Source of the DNA: Eledone cirrhosa
Lineage: Eukaryota
Assembly: GCA_964016885.1 (NCBI GenBank)
Contig: OZ024742.1
Span: 164,238,001 to 164,302,000 of the forward strand
DNA: 64,000 nt
Reading direction: 5' to 3'
How positions within the stretch are numbered: the stretch's first letter is position 1; every line of letters begins with the position of its first letter. The notes under the pieces were generated by a model, which ran no database searches, was not told where the DNA came from, and saw nothing but the letters and a program-made list of their open reading frames with translations. Of this stretch, positions 56,401 through 64,000 are shown piece by piece. Position numbers and translations under genes: made by a program.

Positions 56401-59123
56401 GGCTGAAAATTATCTCCCCTTGGACGGCTGGAAATTATCTCCCCTTGATTTTTTTACAAATTATCTCCCCCTGATTTTATTTTACAAATTATCTCCCCCT
56501 GATTTTTTTTACAAATTATCTCCCCCTGATATTTTTTACAAATTATCTCCCCCTGATTTTTTTACAAATTATCTCCCCTTGGCTGGCTGGAAATTATCTC
56601 CCCTTGGAGGCTGGAATTTATCTCCCCTTGGACGGCTAGAAATTACCTCGCCTTGGACGGCTGGAAAATATGTCTCCTTGGACGGCTGGAAATTATCTCC
56701 ACTTGGACGGCTGGAAATTATCTCCCCTTGGACGGCTGGAAATTATCTCCCCTTGGACGGCTAGAGATATTACCTCCCCTTGGACGGCTGGAAATTATCT
56801 CCCCTTGATTTTTTTTACAAATTATCTCCCCCTGATTTTTTTTTACAAATTATCTCCCCCTGATTTTTTTTTACGAATTATCTCCCCCTGATTTTTTTTA
56901 CAAATTATCTCCGCCTGATTTTTTTTTTAAAATTATCTCCCCTTGAACGGCTGGAAATTATCTCCCCTTGGACGGCTGGAAATTATCTCCCCTTGGACGG
57001 CTAGAAATTACCTCTCCTTGGACGGCTGAAAATTATCTCCCCTTGGACGGCTGCAAATTATCTCCCCTTGATTTTTTAACAAATTATCTCCCCCTGATTT
57101 TTTTTTACAAATTATCTCCCCCTGATTTTTTTTTATAAATTATCTACGCCTAAGTTTTTTTACAAATTATCTCCCCCTGATTTTTTTTTACAAATTATCT
57201 CCCCCTGATTTTTTTTACAAATTATCTCCCCCTGATTTTTTTTTACAAATTATTTCCCCCTGATTTTTTTACAAATTATCTCCCCCCTGATTTTTTTTAC
57301 AATCTCCGCCTGATTTTTTAAAAAATTATCTTCCCTTGGCTGGCGGGAAATTATCTCCCCTTGGACGGCTGGAAATTATATCCCCTTGGACGGCTGGAAA
57401 TTACCTCCCCTTGGACAGCTGGAAATTATCTGCCCTTGATTTTGTTTTTACAAATTATCTCCCCCTGATTTTTTTTACAAATTATCTCCACCTGATTTTT
57501 AAAAAATTATCTCCCCTTGGACGGCTGGAAATTATCTCCCCTTGATTTTTTTACAAATTATCTCCCCCTGATTTTTTTTTACAAATTATCTGCCCCTGAT
57601 TTTTTTTACAAATTATCTCCCCCTGATTTTTTTACAAATTATCTCCCCTTGGCTGGCTGGAAATTATCTCCCCTTGGAGGCTGGAATTTATCTCCCCTTG
57701 GACGGCTAGAAATTACCTCTCCTTGGACGGCTGGAAAATATTTCTCCTTGGACGGCTGGATATTATCTACCTTTGGACGGGTGGAAATTATCTCCCCTTG
57801 GACGGCTGGAAATTATCTCCCCTTGGACGGCTAGATATTACCTCCCCTTGGACGGCTGGAAATTATCTTCCCTTGATTTTTTTTACAAATTATCTCCCCC
57901 TGATTTTTTTTTTACAAATTATCTCCCCCTGATTTTTTTACAAATTATCTCCCCCTGATTTTTTTTACAAATTATCTCCGCCTGACTTTTTTAAATATTA
58001 TCTTCCCTTGGCTGGCGGGAAATTATCTCCCCTTGGACGGCTGAAAATTATCTCCCCTTGGACGGCTGGAAATTATCTCCCCTTGATTTTTTTTACAAAT
58101 TATCTCCCCCTGATTATTTTTTACAAATTATCTTTCCCTGATTTTTTTTTACAAATTATCTCCCCCTGATTTTTTTTACAAATTATCTCCCCCTGATTTT
58201 TTTACAAATTATCTCCCCTTGGCTGGCTGGAAATTATCTCTCCTTGGAGGCTGGAATTTATCTCCCCTTGGACGGCTGGAAATTATCTCTCCTTGGACGG
58301 CTAGAAATTACCTCTCCTTGGACGGCTGGAAAATATGTCTCGTTGGAGGGCTGGAAATTATCTCCCCTTGGACGGCTGGAAATTATCTCCCCTTGGACGG
58401 CTGGAAATTATCTCTCCTTGGACGGCTAGAAATTACCTCTCCTTGGACGGCTGAAAATTATCTCTCCTTGGACGGCTGGAAATTATCTCCCCTTGGACGG
58501 CTAGATATTACCTCCCCTTGGACGGCTGGAAATTATCTCCCCTTGATTTTTTTTACAAATTATCTCCCCCTGATTTTTTTTACAAATTATCTACACCTGA
58601 TTTTTTTACAAATTATCTCCCCCTGATTTTTTTTACAAATTATCTCCGCCTCATTTTTTTAAATATTATCTTCCCTTGGCTGGCGGGAAATTATCTCCCC
58701 TTGGACGGCTGAAAATTATCTCCCCTTGGACGGCTGGAAATTATCTCCCCTTGATCTTTTTTACAAATTATCTCCCCCTGATTTTTTTTTACAAATTATC
58801 TCCCCCTGATTTTTTTTTACAAATTATCTCCCCCTGATTTTTTTTTACAAATTATCTCCCCTTGGCTGGCTGGAAATTATCTCCCCTTGGAGGCTGGAAT
58901 TTATCTCCCCTTGGACGGCTAGAAATTACCTCTCCTTGGACGGCTGGAAAATATGTCCTTGGACGGCTGGATATTATCTACCCTTGGACGGCTGGAAATT
59001 ATCTCCCCTTGGACGGCTGGAAATTATCTCCCCTTGGACGGCTAGATATTATCTCCCCTTGGACGGCTGGAAATTATCTCCCCTTGATTTTTTTTACAAA
59101 TTATCTCCCCCTGATTTTTTTTA

Positions 59124-59515
59124 CAAATCTAATAATTTTTTAAAAAAAATTATCTCCCCTTCGCTGGCTGCAAATTATCTCCCCTTGGACGCTGGAAATT
59201 ATAGCCCCTTGGAGGGCTGGAAATTATCTTCCCTTGGACGGCTGGAAATTATCTCCCCTCGGCTCGAAATTATCTCCCCTTGGACGGCTAGAAATTATCT
59301 CTCTTTGGACGGCTGGAAATTATCTCCCTTTGATTTTTTTTACAAATTATCTCCCCCTGATTTTTTTTACAAATCTCCCCCTGATTTTTTAAAAAAAATT
59401 ATCTCCCCTTCGCTGGCTGGAAATTATCTCCCCTTGGACACTGTAAATTATAGCCCCTTGGAGGGCTGGAAATTATCTTACCTTGGACGGCTGGAAATTA
59501 TCTCTGCTTGATTTT
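59124..59515 (+). repeat. Divergent ~400-bp satellite module, copy 5
   Basis: Matches copy 4 at +9,103 (CTAATAAT variant). Confidence 0.88.
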
Positions 59516-60809
59516 TTTTACAAATTATCTCCCCCTGATTTTTTTTTACAAATTATCCCCCCCGATTTTTTTTACAAATTATCTACCCCTGATTTTTTTT
59601 ACAAATTATCTCCTCTTGGACGGCTGGAAATTATCTCCCCTTGGACGGCTGGAAATTATCTCTCCTTGGACGGCTAGAAATTACCTCTCCTTGGACGGCT
59701 GGAAATTACCTCCCCTTGGACGGCTGGAAATTATCTCCCCTTGGACGGCTAGAAATTACCTCTCATTGGACGGCTGAAAATTATCTCCCCTTGGACGGCT
59801 GGAAATTATCTCCCCTTGATTTTTTTTACAAATTATCTCCCCCTGATTTTTTTTTTACAAATTATCTCCGCCTGATTTTTTTTTTAAATTATCTCTCCTT
59901 GGACGGCTGGATATTATCTCCCCTTTCATTTTTTTTACAAATTATCTCCCCCTGATTTTTTTTTACAAATTATCTCCCCCTGATTTTTTTTTACAAATTA
60001 TCTCCCCCTGATTTTTTTTTACAAATTATCTCCCCCTGATTTTTTTTACAAATTATCTCCCCCTGATTTTTTTACAAATTATCTCCCCTTGGCTGGCTGG
60101 AAATTATCTCCCCTTGGAGGCTGGAATTTATCTCCCCTTGGACGGCTAGAAATTACCTCTCCTTGGACGGCTGGAAAATATGTCCTTGGACGGCTGGATA
60201 TTATCTACCCTTGGACGGCTGGAAATTATCTCCCCTTGGACGGCTGGAAATTATCTCCCCTTGGACGGCTAGATATTACCTCCCCTTGGACGGCTGGAAA
60301 TTATCTCCCCTTGATTTTTTTTACAAATTATCTCCCCCTGATTTTTTTTTACAAATTATCTCCCCCTGATTTTTTTTTACAAATTATCTCCGCCTGATTT
60401 TTTTTTACAAATTATCTCCACCTAATTTTTTTTACAAATTATCTCTCCCTGATCTTTTTTTACAAATTATCTCCCCCTGATTTTTTTTTACCAATTATCT
60501 ACCCCTGATTTTTTTTTACAAATTATCTCCCCCTTATTTTTTTTACAAATTATCTCCCCCTGATTTTTTTTACAAATTATCTCCCCCTGATTTTTTTACA
60601 AATTATCTCCCCCCGATTTTTTTTACAAATTATATCCGCCTAATTTTTTTAAATATTATCTATCCTTGGCTGGCGGGAAATTATCTCCCCTTGGACGGCT
60701 GAAAATGTTCTCCCCTTGGACGGCTGGAAATTATCTCCCCTTGATTTTTTTACAAATTATCTCCCCCTGATTATTTTTTACAAATTATCTCCCCCTGATT
60801 TTTTTTTAC

Positions 60810-63800
60810 AAATTATCTCCCTCTGATTTTTTTTACAAATTATCTCCCCTTGGCTGGCTGGAAATTATCTCCCCTTGGAGGCTGGAATTTATCTCCCCTT
60901 GGACGGTTAGAAATTACCTCTCCTTGGACTGCTGGAAAATATGTCTCCTTGGACGGCTGGAAATTATCTCCCCTTGGACGGCTGGAAATTATCTCCCCTT
61001 GGACGGCTGGAAATTATCTCTCCTCGGACGACTAGAAATTACCTCTCCTTGGACAGCTGAAAATTATCTCCCCTTGGACGGCTGGAAATTATCTCCCCTT
61101 GATTTTTTTACAAATTATCTCCCCCTGATTTTTTTTTACAAATTATCTCCCCCTGATTTTTTTTACAAATTATCTCCCCCTGATATTTTTTACAAATTAT
61201 CTCCCCCTGATTTTTTTACAAATTATCTCCCCTTGGCTGGCTGGAAATTATCTACCCTTGGAGGCTGGAATTTATCTCCCCTTGGACGGCTAGAAATTAC
61301 CTCGCCTTGGACGGCTGGAAAATATGTCTCCTTGGACGGCTGGAAATTATCTCCCCTTGGACGGCTGGAAATTATCTCCCCTTGGACGGCTGGAAATTAT
61401 CTCCCCTTGGACGGCTAGATATTACCTCCCCTTGGACGGCTGGAAATTATCTCCCCTTGATTTTTTTTACAAATTATCTCCCCCTGATTTTTTTTTACAA
61501 ATTATCTCCCCCTGATTTTTTTTTACGAAGTATCTCCCCCTGATTTTTTTTTACAAATTATCTCCGCCTGATTTTTTTTAAAAAATTATCTCCCCTTGAA
61601 CGGCTGGAAATTATCTCCCCTTGGACGGCTGGAAATTATCTCCCCTTGGACGGCTAGAAATTACCTCTCCTTGGACGGCTGAAAATTATCTCCCATTGGA
61701 CGGCTGCAAATTATCTCCCCTTGATTTTTTAACAAATTATCTCCCCCTGATTTTTTTTTACAAATTATCTCCCCCTGATTTTTTTTTACAAATTATCTAC
61801 GCCTAATTTTTTTTACAAATTATCTCCCCCTGATTTTTTTTTACAAATTATCTCCCCCTGATTTTTTTTACAAATTATCTCCCCCTGATTTTTTTTTACA
61901 AATTATTTCCCCCTGATTTTTTTACAAATTATCTCCCCCCTGATTTTTTTTACAATCTCCGCCTGATTTTTTTAAAAATTATCTTCCCTTGGCTGGCGGG
62001 AAATTATCTCCCCTTGGACGGCTGGAAATTATATCCCCTTGGAAGGATGGAAATTATCTCCCCTTGGACGGCTGGAAATTATCTCCCCTTGGACGGCTGG
62101 AAATTATCTCCCCTTGGACAGCTGGAAATTATCTGCCCTTGATTTTGTTTTTACAAATTATCTCCCCCTGATTTTTTTTACAAATTATCTCCACCTGATT
62201 TTTAAAAAAATTATCTCCCCTTGGACGGCTGGAAATTATCTCCCCTTGATTTTTTTTACAAATTATCTCCCCCTGATTTTTTTTTACAAATTATCTCCCC
62301 CTGATTTTTTTTTACAAATTATCTCCCCCTGATTTTTTTTTACAAATTATCTCACCCTGATTTTTTTTACAAATTATCTCTCCCTGATTTTTTTACAAAT
62401 TATCTCCCCTTGGCTGGCTGGAAATTATCTCCCCTTGGAGGCTGGAATTTATCTCCCCTTGGACGGCTAGAAATTACCTCTCCTTGGACGGCTGGAAAAT
62501 ATGTCTCCTTGGACGGCTGGATATTATCTACCCTTGGACGGCTGGAAATTATCTCCCCTTGGACGGCTGGAAATTATCTCCTCTTGGACGGCTAGATATT
62601 ACCTCCCCTTGGACGGCTGGAAATTATCTCCCCTTGATTTTTTTACAAATTATCTCCCCCTGATTTTTTTACAAATTATCTCCCCCTGATTTTTTTTACA
62701 AATTATCTCCGCCTAATTTTTTTAAATATTATCTTCCCTTGGCTGGCGGGAAATTATCTCCCCTTGGACGGCTGAAAATTATCTCCCCTTGGACGGCTGG
62801 AAATTATCTCCCCTTGATTTTTTTTACAAATTATCTCCCCCTGATTTTTTTTTACAAATTATCTCCCCCTGATTTTTTTTACAAATTATCTCCCTCTGAT
62901 TTTTTTTACAAATTATCTCCCCTTGGCTGGCTGGAAATTATCTCCCCTTGGAGGCTGGAATTTATCTCCCCTTGGACGGTTAGAAATTACCTCTCCTTGG
63001 ACTGCTGGAAAATATGTCTCCTTGGACGGCTGGAAATTATCTCCCCTTGGACGGCTGGAAATTATCTCCCCTTGGACGGCTGGAAATTATCTCTCCTCGG
63101 ACGACTAGAAATTACCTCTCCTTGGACAGCTGAAAATTATCTCCCCTTGGACGGCTGGAAATTATCTCCCCTTGATTTTTTTACAAATTATCTCCCCCTG
63201 ATTTTTTTTTACAAATTATCTCCCCCTGATTTTTTTTACAAATTATCTCCCCCTGATATTTTTTACAAATTATCTCCCCCTGATTTTTTTACAAATTATC
63301 TCCCCTTGGCTGGCTGGAAATTATCTACCCTTGGAGGCTGGAATTTATCTCCCCTTGGACGGCTAGAAATTACCTCGCCTTGGACGGCTGGAAAATATGT
63401 CTCCTTGGACGGCTGGAAATTATCTCCCCTTGGACGGCTGGAAATTATCTCCCCTTGGACGGCTGGAAATTATCTCCCCTTGGACGGCTAGATATTACCT
63501 CCCCTTGGACGGCTGGAAATTATCTCCCCTTGATTTTTTTTACAAATTATCTCCCCCTGATTTTTTTTTACAAATTATCTCCCCCTGATTTTTTTTTACG
63601 AAGTATCTCCCCCTGATTTTTTTTTACAAATTATCTCCGCCTGATTTTTTTTAAAAAATTATCTCCCCTTGAACGGCTGGAAATTATCTCCCCTTGGACG
63701 GCTGGAAATTATCTCCCCTTGGACGGCTAGAAATTACCTCTCCTTGGACGGCTGAAAATTATCTCCCATTGGACGGCTGCAAATTATCTCCCCTTGATTT

Positions 63801-64000
63801 TTTAACAAATTATCTCCCCCTGATTTTTTTTTACAAATTATCTCCCCCTGATTTTTTTTTACAAATTATCTACGCCTAATTTTTTTTACAAATTATCTCC
63901 CCCTGATTTTTTTTTACAAATTATCTCCCCCTGATTTTTTTTACAAATTATCTCCCCCTGATTTTTTTTTACAAATTATTTCCCCCTGATTTTTTTACAA
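60810..64000 (+). repeat. 2,073-bp tandem duplication, second copy cut by the window end
   Basis: Landmarks 60850/62923, 61307/63380 and 61621/63694. Marker TTACGAAGTATC at ~61523 and ~63596. Confidence 0.9.

Larger units (their letters stand above)
44370..62900 (+). repeat. ~9-9.9 kb tandem duplication (2 copies, second copy shorter)
   Basis: Landmarks 44825/54598, 45663/55409, 47568/56670, 49116/58219, 49759/58862, 51118/60089 and 53796/62739. Shared private markers GGCTAGAGATATTA, GGACGGCCGG and CTGACTTTT. Confidence 0.88.
1..64000. repeat. Composite tandem satellite array of alternating blocks of 25-bp (type A) and 26-29-bp (type B) monomers; extends beyond both window edges
   Basis: The core AAATTATCTCCCC recurs every 25-29 bp in the same orientation from start to end, followed either by TTGGACGGCTGG or by (C/T)TGA-Tn-AC. 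No unique sequence was seen. Confidence 0.99.

Noticed and set aside
195-63879. All listed ORFs (60-250 aa, e.g. 2590-3336, 22787-23533, 62739-63491) as protein-coding genes
   Set aside because: The 25-bp A consensus has no stop in any + frame, so three monomers yield the recurring peptide GWKLSPLGRLEIISPWTAGNYLPLD in all frames. ORFs overlap in multiple frames, mostly start at TTG within the repeat, and end wherever T-tract length brings TGA into frame. There is no frame conservation. The - strand has TAA in each unit, which explains the absence of ORFs there.
1-64000. CRISPR array (constant repeat plus spacer)
   Set aside because: The constant part is only ~13-16 bp, the intervening parts are ~10-14 bp and of just two kinds rather than unique spacers, and there is no leader or cas gene.
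1-64000. Canonical G-quadruplex / i-motif array from the G4-G5 runs on the - strand
   Set aside because: The G-runs are separated by ~21-24 nt loops, far longer than canonical G4 loops. Long-loop or intermolecular structures cannot be excluded but are unsupported.
1-64000. Transposon insertion, inversion or unique island hidden in the array
   Set aside because: None was seen while reading through. Even the most divergent modules are derivable from the two monomers, and the orientation is constant.
1-64000. Pure sequencing/assembly artefact (concatemer or collapsed repeat)
   Set aside because: Hierarchically shared variants, private SNPs and reproducible homopolymer lengths indicate real evolutionary structure, though exact copy numbers need read validation.

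Overview
The whole 64 kb window is one uninterrupted, single-orientation tandem satellite array, most likely eukaryotic heterochromatin (centromeric/pericentromeric or subtelomeric). I see no genes, RNA genes, transposons or unique sequence. Two related monomers share the core AAATTATCTCCCC. Type A is 25 bp (AAATTATCTCCCCTTGGACGGCTGG) and type B is 26-29 bp (AAATTATCTCCCCCTGA-T7..10-AC), about 2,400 monomers in total by length division. They alternate in blocks, and diagnostic variant monomers define a small set of stereotyped modules a few hundred bp long. These modules form nested higher-order repeats: three near-identical 3,119-bp copies, and duplications of 266, 572, 838, 865, 2,073, ~4,790, ~6,634 and ~9,000-9,900 bp. 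There are also traces of a possible ~20.1-kb super-period. All listed ORFs are artefacts of the stop-free 25-bp monomer. I do not recognise the satellite family or the organism. HOR boundaries are approximate and were derived by eye and from ORF-track offsets.
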